A DNA stretch of 64,000 nucleotides from positions 2,082 through 66,081 of the forward strand of contig JAFGAO010000061.1 in assembly GCA_016933615.1 (NCBI GenBank), given 5' to 3'. The notes beneath the pieces were generated by a model. It saw only the letters and a list, made by a program, of their open reading frames with translations, had not been told where the DNA came from and searched no databases. The position numbers were made by a program, and so were the translations under genes. This DNA comes from Acidobacteriota bacterium (lineage in GTDB: Bacteria; Acidobacteriota; UBA6911). Of the stretch, positions 29,199 through 38,713 are shown one piece after another; position 1 is the first letter of the stretch; the number at the start of each line of letters is the position of its first letter.

Positions 29199-31040
29199 AT
29201 GGAAGACAGGTACGTGAAAGAACGGGACCGGTCGAAAATACCCGACAGGTACAAGTGGGACCTCGGCGACATCTATCCAAACGACGCCTCCTGGCTGGAG
29301 GCGAAGAAGAAACTGATTGCGGAAATGCCCCGGATCTCGGGCTTCAAGGGAAGCCTGGCCGAAAGCCCTGAAAAGCTCTGCGCATGTCTGGACCTCGTCT
29401 ATTCACTCAGAAAGGAGTGCGTCCGGCTCGCGTGTTACGCCGGCATGCAGTCGGACCTGGACACGCGCAACGCCGCCTGTCTGGCAATGGACCAGGAAAT
29501 GGGCCAGATCGGGTCGGATCTCACCACACTGTATTCCTTCGTGGAACCGGAAATACTGGGAATCGGGCCGGAAACAGTCAGCGCTTTTCTGGACCGGGAT
29601 CCCGGGCTGGGAATATACCGCCATATCTTCGACGACATTCTCAGGAAAAAGGACCATACCGGCACCGAGGGAGAGGAAAAAATTATCGCCGGCGCCGGCC
29701 TGATGGCGGATTCCCCGCTGGCCATCAACAACGTCTTCTCCAACGCGGACTTCCCCTACCCCGATGTCGGCCTGCAGGACGGAACAACCGTGCGTCTCGA
29801 CCCGGCGGCTTTCAGTCTCTACCGGCGTGCGCGCAATCGCGAAGACCGGCGCAAGGTATTCGCATCCTACCTGGGGAAAATCCGCGAATTCCGCAGGACT
29901 TTCGGCGCGCAGCTCTCCGCCGAAGTAAGGAAAAACCTTTTTTTCACCCGCGCACGCAACTACGGATCGTGCCTGGAATACGCCCTGGACGTCCACAACA
30001 TACCGGCGGCCGTCTACAGGAATCTGATCGACGGAGTTCACGCGAACCTCCAAACCCTTCACCGGTATCTGGGCATCCGCAAGCGGCTGCTCGGGCTGGA
30101 TGATTTGCACTACTACGACCTGTATGCACCGGTCGTCAGGGAGGTGGATTTAAGCTACACTTTCGAAGAAGCCGTCGATCATGTGCTGGCTTCCCTGAAG
30201 CCGCTCGGGGGCGACTACCTGGACATAGCGCGCAGGGCGCTTTCGAACCGGTGGATCGACGTCTACCACAACGAAGGGAAGCGATCGGGCGCCTATTCCA
30301 ACGGATCCGCCTACGACGCGCATCCCTACATGCTTCTGAATTACAACGGAAAGTACGAGGATGTAAGCACCCTGACCCACGAACTGGGGCATACGATGCA
30401 CAGCTTCCTGGCCAACAGGGCCCAGCCCTACCCGCTGTCGGGCTACTCGATATTTGTGGCCGAAGTCGCTTCCACTTTTAACGAGGCCCTGCTGCTTCGT
30501 TACATGCTGGAGATTGAAAAACGGGATGAGGTCCGTCTTTCGCTGCTGTGCAACCACCTGGACAACGCGCGGGCGACCGTTTTCAGGCAGGTGCAGTTTG
30601 CCGAATTCGAACTCAAAATACATGAGACGATGGAATCCGGAGCGGCCCTGACCGGAGACCTCCTGGACTCCCTTTACGAAGAAACAGCGCGAAAATATTA
30701 CGGCCACGAGCGGGGAATCTGCATCGTGGACGGGGAAATCAAGTCGGAATGGGCCTTGATTCCCCATTTCTATTACAACTTTTACGTATACCAGTATGCC
30801 ACGTCGTATACCGCATCCGCGGCATTGTCGGAGCGCGTCCTTTCCGGGGACAAAAATGCCGCGGCCGGATACCTGGACCTGCTGGCATCCGGGGGCTCGG
30901 ACTACCCGATTGAACTTCTGAAAAAGGTGGGTGTAGACATGACCACGCCGCAACCGCTTGAGGCGACCCTGCAGGGCATGAACAGGATTATGGACGAAAT
31001 TGAAAAAATTGCCCCTGCTTCATCCGCGAGAAACTCATGA
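29199..31040 (+). CDS. pepF: Oligoendopeptidase F (M3B metallopeptidase)
   Basis: The HExxH zinc motif is in THELGHTMHS, with a downstream E in FVAEVAS. The length and N-terminal RYKWDLGDIY match PepF. The ATG at 29199 is preceded by AAGGGAG. Confidence 0.9.
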   Translation: MEDRYVKERDRSKIPDRYKWDLGDIYPNDASWLEAKKKLIAEMPRISGFKGSLAESPEKLCACLDLVYSLRKECVRLACYAGMQSDLDTRNAACLAMDQEMGQIGSDLTTLYSFVEPEILGIGPETVSAFLDRDPGLGIYRHIFDDILRKKDHTGTEGEEKIIAGAGLMADSPLAINNVFSNADFPYPDVGLQDGTTVRLDPAAFSLYRRARNREDRRKVFASYLGKIREFRRTFGAQLSAEVRKNLFFTRARNYGSCLEYALDVHNIPAAVYRNLIDGVHANLQTLHRYLGIRKRLLGLDDLHYYDLYAPVVREVDLSYTFEEAVDHVLASLKPLGGDYLDIARRALSNRWIDVYHNEGKRSGAYSNGSAYDAHPYMLLNYNGKYEDVSTLTHELGHTMHSFLANRAQPYPLSGYSIFVAEVASTFNEALLLRYMLEIEKRDEVRLSLLCNHLDNARATVFRQVQFAEFELKIHETMESGAALTGDLLDSLYEETARKYYGHERGICIVDGEIKSEWALIPHFYYNFYVYQYATSYTASAALSERVLSGDKNAAAGYLDLLASGGSDYPIELLKKVGVDMTTPQPLEATLQGMNRIMDEIEKIAPASSARNS

Positions 31041-31312
31041 TAAAAAGAGCCCGTAAAATAGCGGTTACCATCGTAGGAGGCACGGTCATTCTGTTCGGCA
31101 TCGCGCTTCTGGTATTGCCGGGGCCGGCCGTTGTCGTCATTCCAGTCGGCCTGGCCATCCTGGCCACCGAATATGCGTGGGCCCGCCGGTGGCTCCGGAT
31201 AATCCGGGAATCCGCCGAAAAGGGAGCCGACAAACTCAACCTGCGATCCTTTTTTACCAAAAACCCTTTCAAGAACGGGAAGCCCGGTGACGCTTCAGAG
31301 CAGAAAAAATAG
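31037..31312 (+). CDS. PGPGW-motif small membrane protein
   Basis: It carries LLVLPGPAVVVIPVGLAILATEYAWARRW (PGPGW-type twin-TM domain). There is an ATGA overlap with the pepF stop. Confidence 0.6.
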   Translation: MIKRARKIAVTIVGGTVILFGIALLVLPGPAVVVIPVGLAILATEYAWARRWLRIIRESAEKGADKLNLRSFFTKNPFKNGKPGDASEQKK

Positions 31313-31342
31313 CGCCGGCCGGGATTGACCCATTCCCGCGGA

Positions 31343-32158
31343 TCATTTGCCGGCGTCCGGATGCGGCCGGGCGCCCCGGTGGATCCAGCGGTATACGGCA
31401 TCCCCGGATTCTTCGCCCGGCTGCCTTTGCCGTCGCAGATCCTCCAGGGTCCGGTTCATGATCCCCCAAACGTCTTCCATAAGACGGTGCTTCTCGCCCC
31501 TGGAATAGGAGCTCAGGTCGATCGGTGAGCCGATTCTGATGCGCAGGATCACGCCCGGATTCACCTTGAGAGTTTTCGGCCGGATCACACGCCAGCTTCC
31601 CTCAAGCGAAATGGGCACCAGCGGAACTCCGGTCCGCAGTGCCAGCGCGAATGCGCCGCTGTGGAATTTTCCCAGCGCTCCCGTCCGGCTTCGGGTGCCC
31701 TCGGGAAAAGCGATGGCGCTCTTCCCGTCGCGTATCGTTTTCGCCGCCCGGATAATGCTTTTGGCCGCGTCCCTCGGGTTGTCCCGGTCTATGGCAATGT
31801 AGCCCGAGCGCCGCATATGCCATCCCATGAAGGGCACCCGGAAAAGAGATTTCTTTGCCACCCAGCGGAATTGAATGGGGAGGAATGCCGCAAGAGAAAG
31901 GATGTCGTGCAAACCGCTGTGGTTCGCCACGAAAATCATGGGGCGCCCGGAATCGACGTTCTCGAGGCCTTCGAGCCGGACCCGGGCCCGGCTCAACCGG
32001 AGATTGTCCCTGGACCACCGGCGCATGCAGTAATGCTGGAGCCTGCCGCTGCCGGAGACAAGGCTGCCCAGAATCGAGACCGTGCCCCAGAAAACCGTAC
32101 TGAGCGCGCAGCCGGTCCAGCACCCTATCGTGAAAAGCCTGGCCTTGAACTCTTCCAT
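31343..32158 (-). CDS. plsC: 1-acyl-sn-glycerol-3-phosphate acyltransferase
   Basis: The HX4D motif is in FVANHSGLHD. AFPEGTRS and a PLVPISLEG block follow. I chose the ATG at 32158 (MEEFKARLF...) rather than the Arg-rich N-terminal extension in the track. Confidence 0.85.
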   Translation of the reverse strand: MEEFKARLFTIGCWTGCALSTVFWGTVSILGSLVSGSGRLQHYCMRRWSRDNLRLSRARVRLEGLENVDSGRPMIFVANHSGLHDILSLAAFLPIQFRWVAKKSLFRVPFMGWHMRRSGYIAIDRDNPRDAAKSIIRAAKTIRDGKSAIAFPEGTRSRTGALGKFHSGAFALALRTGVPLVPISLEGSWRVIRPKTLKVNPGVILRIRIGSPIDLSSYSRGEKHRLMEDVWGIMNRTLEDLRRQRQPGEESGDAVYRWIHRGARPHPDAGK

Positions 32159-32262
32159 GCCGCAGACTCTACCACACCGGGCGCGGCGCGTGCCCCGGCA
32201 AAAAAGAAACAACCGGCGCCGCCTTATACGCGGACGGTCTTTTCTTATCAGAGGCACCATTG

Positions 32263-32298
32263 AAAAAAGCCCGCAACGGCTTGCCGTTGCGGGCTTTT
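32263..32298 (-). terminator. Intrinsic (rho-independent) terminator of sat
   Basis: On the minus strand the element reads AGCCCGCAACGG-caag-CCGTTGCGGGCT followed by TTTTTTCA. It is a 12-bp perfect GC-rich stem plus a T-run, about 60 nt after the sat stop. Confidence 0.8.
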
Positions 32299-32357
32299 CG
32301 TTCCAGGTTTCCCCGATGCTTCATGTGCCGGAAGCCTCGGAGGCCGCGCTGCCGATC

Positions 32358-33548
32358 TTACTCTTTAAGGTTCATGTAGTAACCCATGAGTATCTTGGCC
32401 ACTTCAGGGCGGGAAAACTCGACCGGCAGGGCTTCGCCCCTGGAGAGCATTTCGCGCACCTTCGTGCCGGACAGCATGATGTAATCGTCCTTGGTGTGGT
32501 CCGGGCAATCCCGCATCATGACGACCTTGTTGAGTTTTTTGGAATAGGCGGTATGGTCGGCCTCGAAAATCTTGATGAGCAGTGCGCCTTCCGGCACTTC
32601 CTCGCGGAAGATCGTCTGGGCGTCGAAACCGCCGTAGTAGTCGCCCACTCCGGCGTGGTCGCGGCCTACGATCAGGTGCGTGCAACCGGCATTCTGGCGG
32701 AATACGGCATGCAAAACCGCTTCACGGGGACCGGCGTACAGCATGTCGAACCCGTAGCCCGTGATCAGGACCGTGTTCGGTTCGAAATAGATCTCCACCA
32801 TCTTGCGGATGGACGCGTCGCGGACATCGGCCGGGATATCGCCTTTCTTGAGCTTTCCAAGGAGCATGTGGATCAGGATGCCGTCCGCATTCAGCTGCTC
32901 GTAAGCCATGCGGCACAGCTCCTCGTGGGCGCGGTGCATGGGATTCCGCGTCTGAAAGGCGACAACCTTTTCCCATCCCAGTTTGGCCATCTCTTCGCGG
33001 ATCTGGTACGCGGTACGGAATGTCTCCGGAAAATCGGTTTCGAAATAGGAATAGTGTAGGACCCGGATCGGGCCGGCGATGCCCACTTTGCCTACGGAAT
33101 TGAACGCATGGACACCGGGATGATTCTCGTCCGACGTCCGGAAAATCTGCTGGGTCATGGCCTTCATTTCATCATCGGTGTACTCGGCGATCTCTTCGAC
33201 GTCAATTACGGCAATGACCGGGTTGCCTTCCACGTTGGGATCTTTCAGGGCAATTCTTTTGGCGCCTCGTATCGCGGAAGCGTCCTTGACCATGCACAGG
33301 ATCGGAACCGGGAAAAACAGGCCGTAGGTGGTTTTCATCTTTTCAGCCACGGACAGCGCGTCGGCTTTCTTCATGTAGCCCTTGAGGGGATTGAAGTAGC
33401 CTCCGCCCATCATCACGGCGTTAGCCGCGGCGGCGGAACACCCCAGGACGGAGGGAAGGCTCTCGGCTTCTTTTTTCAGGGCCGCGCGCTGGGCGTCGTC
33501 CATTACGTAAAGCGGATTCAGTTGGTCGGAACCGTGAGGTTTGATCAT
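32358..33548 (-). CDS. sat: Sulfate adenylyltransferase (ATP sulfurylase)
   Basis: 396 aa. The signatures QTRNPMHRAHEEL and LIVGRDHAGVG are present, and an N-terminal PUA-like domain is also present. AAGGAG SD. Confidence 0.92.
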   Translation of the reverse strand: MIKPHGSDQLNPLYVMDDAQRAALKKEAESLPSVLGCSAAAANAVMMGGGYFNPLKGYMKKADALSVAEKMKTTYGLFFPVPILCMVKDASAIRGAKRIALKDPNVEGNPVIAVIDVEEIAEYTDDEMKAMTQQIFRTSDENHPGVHAFNSVGKVGIAGPIRVLHYSYFETDFPETFRTAYQIREEMAKLGWEKVVAFQTRNPMHRAHEELCRMAYEQLNADGILIHMLLGKLKKGDIPADVRDASIRKMVEIYFEPNTVLITGYGFDMLYAGPREAVLHAVFRQNAGCTHLIVGRDHAGVGDYYGGFDAQTIFREEVPEGALLIKIFEADHTAYSKKLNKVVMMRDCPDHTKDDYIMLSGTKVREMLSRGEALPVEFSRPEVAKILMGYYMNLKE

Positions 33549-33679
33549 GTGTAACTCCTTGTTTTCAGCATTTTAGGGGATTGACGGGGATAGAATGATT
33601 CGGCACGTTTCTATTCGATTTCTTCATCTTTCCTTAGTAACAGGTCGGAATAAACGCAACCATACAAAATAAGGCCAAC

Positions 33680-33708
33680 ATATTACGTGTTTCGGGTTCC
33701 CGAGTCAA
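33680..33708 (-). promoter_or_regulatory. Sigma70-type promoter candidate for sat
   Basis: On the minus strand the sequence reads TTGACT-17 nt-TAATAT (-35 at 33708-33703, -10 at 33685-33680). It lies about 130 nt upstream of the sat ATG. Together with the terminator at 32263-32298 it predicts a monocistronic unit. Confidence 0.45.
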
Positions 33709-33934
33709 AAGGTTTCGGCAGACGTCCCGCGTTCCATTCGCAATCTTTGGAGTGTCGAAGAAAAGGGATCCGGTGCGGCGACTCTGCTATCATGCACAGG
33801 CAGGGCTTGCGAAGACGGGAAAGCCCAGCAGGGCAAACGGCGGCAACCGGATTTCCCGGCATGGAGCAGACCCGCAGCGAATGCTTAGGGTTCGCGCAAA
33901 AACAAAAGGTTGACCGAAAGGACGGCGCGGCTTC

Positions 33935-34480
33935 ATGAATCCCATCGATATTATCAATGAATTCTATGCACCCGGATCCAGGGCGCACGGCATCACGGTC
34001 CGCCACGGAGAGGATGTGGCCCGCAAAGCCGTCGCCGTTGCCCGCAGAGTGCCGCACCTCCTTCCCGATATCGATTTCATCCGGGAAGCGGCCATGCTGC
34101 ACGACATAGCCATATTTCTAACCGACACGCCAGGCCTGGATTGCCGCGGCGCCTACCCGTATGTCTGTCACGGGTACCTGGGCAGAGAGCTCCTCGAGGA
34201 GAGGAACCTGCCCCGGCATGCCTTGGTATGCGAACGGCATGTCGGGATCGGCATATCGGCGGAGGATGTCAGGAGACACAATCTGCCGCTGCCGCAACGC
34301 GACATGATGCCCCTGTCCATTGAAGAGAAGATCGTCTGTTTCGCGGACAAATTTTATTCCAAGGAAAGCCGCAGCACGGAACCCGAGAAATCGGTCGAAG
34401 AAATCGTACGCAGCATCGCCCGATATGGCGCGGATAAAGCGGCCATCTTTCAGTCCTGGCTGGAGCTTTTCGGCCCGTAA
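33935..34480 (+). CDS. HD-domain phosphohydrolase
   Basis: The HD motif is in AAMLHDIAIF, with additional His residues (VCHGYLG, CERHVGIG). 181 aa. Confidence 0.75.
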   Translation: MNPIDIINEFYAPGSRAHGITVRHGEDVARKAVAVARRVPHLLPDIDFIREAAMLHDIAIFLTDTPGLDCRGAYPYVCHGYLGRELLEERNLPRHALVCERHVGIGISAEDVRRHNLPLPQRDMMPLSIEEKIVCFADKFYSKESRSTEPEKSVEEIVRSIARYGADKAAIFQSWLELFGP

Positions 34481-34509
34481 AACGTTCCCTCCCTGAAGGC
34501 GCGTCGCAG

Positions 34510-34567
34510 GGCGGACACACTTGTCCGCCGAAGCCCGCAGGCGAAGGCGGAAGGTTCGCCCCTGCGG
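34510..34567. repeat. Two adjacent GC-rich palindromic (REP-like) hairpins between convergent genes
   Basis: The first is GGCGGACA-cact-TGTCCGCC (34510-34529). The second is CCGCAGGCGAA-ggcggaagg-TTCGCC(cc)CTGCGG (34535-34567). The second contains AAGGTTCGCCCCT, which is identical to part of the 37-bp repeat unit at 52647-52779. Confidence 0.6.
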
Positions 34568-34638
34568 CGGCAATGCATGGGAGAATTTTTGTACTGTCTC
34601 TTCGCAAGCCGGGAGGCGGACGCCGGGGAAAGCGGAGA

Positions 34639-35319
34639 TCAGCCGAAAACGATTTTCCCGCCGGTGTGGCCCGTGGCGACGGCGAGCGGAATCAGCAGTA
34701 AATAGAGAACCAGCATCAGAATATCGACCGGCTCGACCGGCAGGATTCCCCTTGCCGTGTGGACGGAGACGACCACGGCCGTGTAGAAAAACAGCAGCAG
34801 AGACACAGTCATCTTGAAAAGGTATATGCCTTTCCGGCTTGCGGCGTACTTGAAATTCCAGTGGAAGAAACCCGTCAGGAGCGCCGGCACGCCCGTCAGC
34901 AGACCCGTTATTGCGAGGTAATAGCAGGTGCGTTCGAAATGCCCGTTGCCGGTGAAATAGAAAAGAATCAGAAACAGCGGGGCCAGGGACAGAAGCGCCT
35001 GGGGAAAATGCACGGTAATGGGGTGGGGATGCTGCCTGAGGATCAGCGATACCCAGGCGGGAGGCTGTTTCGCCCCGGCGGACGCATCCGACTTTATAAT
35101 CCCCACCTGCCGGAATTTGTCAAAAACCTCCTCCCCGTGCGGGGCGTTTTCCAGGGATTCTCCCTGTTCCCTGCCCGCGGCATGCCGGCTCATGTGTTCC
35201 CCGGTTTTCCAGAGTTCGCTTTCCGAAAGGTCGAAGACCTTGCCCTTTACCGCGACATAGGCGGGGCGGCCTTCCCTCCCGTCGAATTCCTCGAGGCTCT
35301 TGGGATCGAATTCTTTCAT
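34639..35319 (-). CDS. Cytochrome b5-like heme/steroid-binding domain fused to a 4-TM membrane domain
   Basis: The N-terminus LEEFDGREGRPAYVAVKGKVFDLSES.LWKTGEHM..HAAG is typical of cytochrome b5-like domains. It is followed by four hydrophobic helices. Confidence 0.7.
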   Translation of the reverse strand: MKEFDPKSLEEFDGREGRPAYVAVKGKVFDLSESELWKTGEHMSRHAAGREQGESLENAPHGEEVFDKFRQVGIIKSDASAGAKQPPAWVSLILRQHPHPITVHFPQALLSLAPLFLILFYFTGNGHFERTCYYLAITGLLTGVPALLTGFFHWNFKYAASRKGIYLFKMTVSLLLFFYTAVVVSVHTARGILPVEPVDILMLVLYLLLIPLAVATGHTGGKIVFG

Positions 35320-35434
35320 CTTGTTGCATCCTCCCTGTCCATAGCACTAAAAAACGAAGGCGACGGCAAATACTGCATTGCTCTCTAATATCCTTTCAAT
35401 TAACATCGTTGTCAAAAAGAAAACAGGAGGCCTT

Positions 35435-36568
35435 GTGACATTCCATACCTCGCGCAGAAAATTTCTGCAGGCGGGCCTGGCTTTGCCTGCGGCAGGATTG
35501 GTATCCACACACAAACTGTTTTCCGCGTCCGAACCGCCGACGCCGACGGCCTACCGCATGCTGGGCAAAACCGGTTTGAAGGTATCGGCCGTAGGATCCG
35601 GCGTGGGCATCGCGCCCGATCCCGCCGTCATCGCCCGTGCAATCGATCTGGGGGTCAATTACTTCGACACGGCCCGCGGCTATGGTGCGGGAGAAAGCGA
35701 ACGCATAGCCGGCCGGGCCCTCAAAGGCAAAAGAAGCAAAGTCGTGCTGGCTAGCAAGACCGATGCCCGGACAAAGGCGGACGCCGCAAAGGACATAGAC
35801 GCCAGTCTCAAGGCGCTGAATACGGAATACCTGGATATCTGGCACCTGCACTCCAGGGATACCCCGGATGCAATCACGGACGAAGCGGTCGAGGCTTGCC
35901 TGCTGGCCAAGGAGCAGGGCAAAACCCGCTTTATCGGCGTCAGCGCGCACGATCTCAACGCCGTCGCGGATACAATCCTGGACATCGGCAAATTCGACGT
36001 GGTCCAGACGACGTACAGCTACGCCCTGAACGCGCCTTTCCGCCAGGCTTCGATCGCGAGGCTGCACGACGCCGGGATCGGAGTCGTGGCGATGAAAGTC
36101 ATCATTGCCGTTGCGGGATTCATACCCAGGGACATCGAGCTCAAGGACGACGGGCCGCTGGCCGCCATAAAATGGGTGCTCCTGAATCCCGCAATTTCCA
36201 CGACCGTGCCCTATTCAAAAAACATAGCGGAACTGGAGATGAACGTCCGGGCGATGACGGAACCCTATACGCCGGCGGACGAAAAAATGCTGTACGTGCA
36301 CAACGAGCGGATCCGCCCCGACTACTGCCGTATGTGTTACACGTGCAGGGGGCAATGCCCGAAAGGCGTGCCGGTCGCCGACGAACTGCGTTTTCTGGCC
36401 TACAACGATTTCGGCGGCAGCTACAGGCAGGCGCGGGAAAACTTCATGCTACTGCCCGGAAAGATCCGCGAGGTACGCTGCAGCGACTGCTCCTCGTGCG
36501 TCATCCGCTGTCCCAACGGCGTCGAGGTCCGGAAGCGTTTGATCAGGGCCCAGGAGCTTCTGGCCTGA
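35435..36568 (+). CDS. Tat-signal aldo/keto reductase with a C-terminal Cys-rich (Fe-S) extension
   Basis: The GTG at 35435 lies 4 nt after AGGAGG. The twin-arginine signal is SRRKFLQAGLALPAAGL. The AKR core carries NYFDTARGYG and the C-terminus has CRMCYTCRGQCP...CSDCSSCVIRCP. Confidence 0.8.
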   Translation: MTFHTSRRKFLQAGLALPAAGLVSTHKLFSASEPPTPTAYRMLGKTGLKVSAVGSGVGIAPDPAVIARAIDLGVNYFDTARGYGAGESERIAGRALKGKRSKVVLASKTDARTKADAAKDIDASLKALNTEYLDIWHLHSRDTPDAITDEAVEACLLAKEQGKTRFIGVSAHDLNAVADTILDIGKFDVVQTTYSYALNAPFRQASIARLHDAGIGVVAMKVIIAVAGFIPRDIELKDDGPLAAIKWVLLNPAISTTVPYSKNIAELEMNVRAMTEPYTPADEKMLYVHNERIRPDYCRMCYTCRGQCPKGVPVADELRFLAYNDFGGSYRQARENFMLLPGKIREVRCSDCSSCVIRCPNGVEVRKRLIRAQELLA

Positions 36569-36606
36569 CTCCGGAAAGGGTCAAAATAGTCGAATGGTCC
36601 AAACGG

Positions 36607-37632
36607 TCAAATCCGTTTTCTCAGCGATTTCACCCATTCGAGGTTCTCGCGGATCAGATCCGGGATGGGAAGATCGTAGGGACAGCGCTCCATGCATTCG
36701 CCGCATTCGGTGCATTGGGCGGCTTTTTCCCAGATATCTTTGAACATGGGCTGCTCCAGCACCTGATCGCCCATTCTGCGGACCATCGACCGCACCCCGA
36801 GGGCGAACTGAATGTATATCCCCGCCGTGCACGGCAGGCAATAGTCGCAGCGCCGGCAGAATCTGCCGGCGAACTCCTTTTTGATTTCCCGGATTAGCCG
36901 CTCTTCGCCGTCGTCCAGGCGGCGGTCACCCAGAAAAACATCCCAGTTCCGGTCGAAATACGCCTTTTCCTCGACGCCGGCGAGCACCAGGATGCCGGGA
37001 CGGGAAAAAACCCACTTCAGGGCCGCCTCCGGGGAGGTAATGACCCCGCCCGACAGGGGCTTCATCGCAAGAATGCCCACCTGCTTCCGCCCTGCCTCCG
37101 GAATCACCTTTTCGCCGGCGGCGGGTTCGAGAAAGCTGTAGCAGACCATTATGGTCTCGAACAGGCCCTCATCGACCACTTTTTCCAGCAGGTCCAGGCT
37201 GTGGCTGGTGATGCCGATGTGGCCGATGATTCCCTGCTCCTTTGCTTTCAACAATCCCGTCAGGGCGCCGTCGGGAGCCGTAACCCGGCGGTACTCTTCC
37301 ACGTTGGCGACCGCGTGGCATTGGTAGATATCGATATAATCGAGCTGGAGCTCCCTGAGGCTGATTTCGACATCGCGCCGGATGCCGTCGGCCGAACGGT
37401 TGAAGGATTTGGTGGCGACAACGGCCTTTTTGTCCGTTTCCCTCAGGGCTTTCCCTATCCTGCTTTCGCTCGTCGTATACATTCGCGAGGTATCGATAAA
37501 ATCCATGCCTTTTTCCAGGGCGTGCCGCACTACTTCGACGGCCTGCTTTTCACTCACGCGCTGAATCGGAATGCCCCCGAATCCGAAACGGACCGCCTCG
37601 ATCCCGGTCTTTCCCAGAACAATTTTTTCCAT
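36607..37632 (-). CDS. Cytoplasmic aldo/keto reductase with a C-terminal Cys-rich (Fe-S) extension
   Basis: AKR motifs are GFGGIPIQR and MDFIDTSRMYT. The C-terminus has CRRCDYCLPCTAG...CTECGECMERCP. 341 aa. Confidence 0.85.
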   Translation of the reverse strand: MEKIVLGKTGIEAVRFGFGGIPIQRVSEKQAVEVVRHALEKGMDFIDTSRMYTTSESRIGKALRETDKKAVVATKSFNRSADGIRRDVEISLRELQLDYIDIYQCHAVANVEEYRRVTAPDGALTGLLKAKEQGIIGHIGITSHSLDLLEKVVDEGLFETIMVCYSFLEPAAGEKVIPEAGRKQVGILAMKPLSGGVITSPEAALKWVFSRPGILVLAGVEEKAYFDRNWDVFLGDRRLDDGEERLIREIKKEFAGRFCRRCDYCLPCTAGIYIQFALGVRSMVRRMGDQVLEQPMFKDIWEKAAQCTECGECMERCPYDLPIPDLIRENLEWVKSLRKRI

Positions 37633-37826
37633 AGGTGCTCACCCCGCAAATAAAACGCTTCTATTGGAACACATCCGGGATTCTTTCCCAAGCCCGGATC
37701 CCGGCCGCTGTGTTCAGCCGGCCGCGGTGGAATCGCCGGTTCGTGCTCGATCCGCCCGGAAAAGTTCGTGTACAATGGAGAAAATCCGGGCGACAATGCC
37801 CGCCAACACTAAAGGAGCAATGGAAC

Positions 37827-38243
37827 ATGCGGAAAGCGTACCGCTTCACCTGGATGCTTGCAGTCGTGATAATACTTTACCTCGGTTGGGTTTTCTATTC
37901 GCGCTGGAGCGAAAACCGCGCTTTCGAGCAACGTGTAGAGGAGCTGCAGGAATCCCGGGAAAGCACCATTTCCAAAACCTACGGCGAACTCAAGATACTG
38001 GGGTTTTACGCAACGCCGCCCGCCGTCGGCCCCGGTGAGAAGGCCCAGCTCTGTTACAGCGTAACCAGCGCCGAGAGCGTCCGCATCGAACCGCATGTTG
38101 AAAACGTCTGGCCCTCCATTTCGCGCTGTGTCGAGGTCGCTCCCGCCGAGAACACCACCTACCGGCTCGTAGCCGAAGATGCCGAAGGGAAAACGGTGAC
38201 GGCCGAGACCACAGTCGAAGTGTACGTAGTGCACAATTTTTAA
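37827..38243 (+). CDS. Hypothetical membrane-anchored protein with an Ig-like/beta-sandwich-looking ectodomain
   Basis: The ATG at 37827 lies 9 nt after AAAGGAG. The TM anchor is FTWMLAVVIILYLGWVF. The C-terminal 80 aa are beta-rich. The 3' end overlaps convergent trmO by 4 nt. Confidence 0.55.
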   Translation: MRKAYRFTWMLAVVIILYLGWVFYSRWSENRAFEQRVEELQESRESTISKTYGELKILGFYATPPAVGPGEKAQLCYSVTSAESVRIEPHVENVWPSISRCVEVAPAENTTYRLVAEDAEGKTVTAETTVEVYVVHNF

Positions 38244-38713
38244 TCTAGGACCGGCTCTTCATGATTCCCGCGTTTTTCCGCGTCTTCCAGCCAGCCGCGC
38301 CGCAGTTTTTCCATGGGAATGCTCGACATGACAGGCTTGATGTCCAGGACGGGGGTGCCGTCGAGCATGTCGATGCCCCGCACGTGTAGAATACGTCCTT
38401 CACGCCGCAGCAATTCTACGGCCGTCAACCCGATGGCATTCGGCCTGCGCGGCGAACGGGTGGAGAAGACCCCGTGGGGACGATCGTCCGTCGGGGGGGT
38501 TCCGACGAGATGGTAGCCCTGCGTGCGGTGGAAAACCCATATGACGAACAGGTGGGAAAAGCCCTCGATGTCCTTGAGCCCCTGCTCGAATTCGGGCAGT
38601 ATCTCCAGCGTCCCCTCCTTCGTGTGTTTGGTTCCCAATCCCTTTGGAACCTCCCGGGTATCGGAATAGGAACTCCGGATATATCCGATCGGCCGCATTT
38701 TCCATTCTTCCAT
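38240..38713 (-). CDS. trmO: tRNA (t6A37-N6)-methyltransferase TrmO (TsaA family)
   Basis: Matches to the TsaA/TrmO fold are MRPIGYIRS, GFSHLFVIWVFH, FSTRSPRRPNAIGLT and GTPVLDIKP. GGAGG SD. Confidence 0.85.
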   Translation of the reverse strand: MEEWKMRPIGYIRSSYSDTREVPKGLGTKHTKEGTLEILPEFEQGLKDIEGFSHLFVIWVFHRTQGYHLVGTPPTDDRPHGVFSTRSPRRPNAIGLTAVELLRREGRILHVRGIDMLDGTPVLDIKPVMSSIPMEKLRRGWLEDAEKRGNHEEPVLD

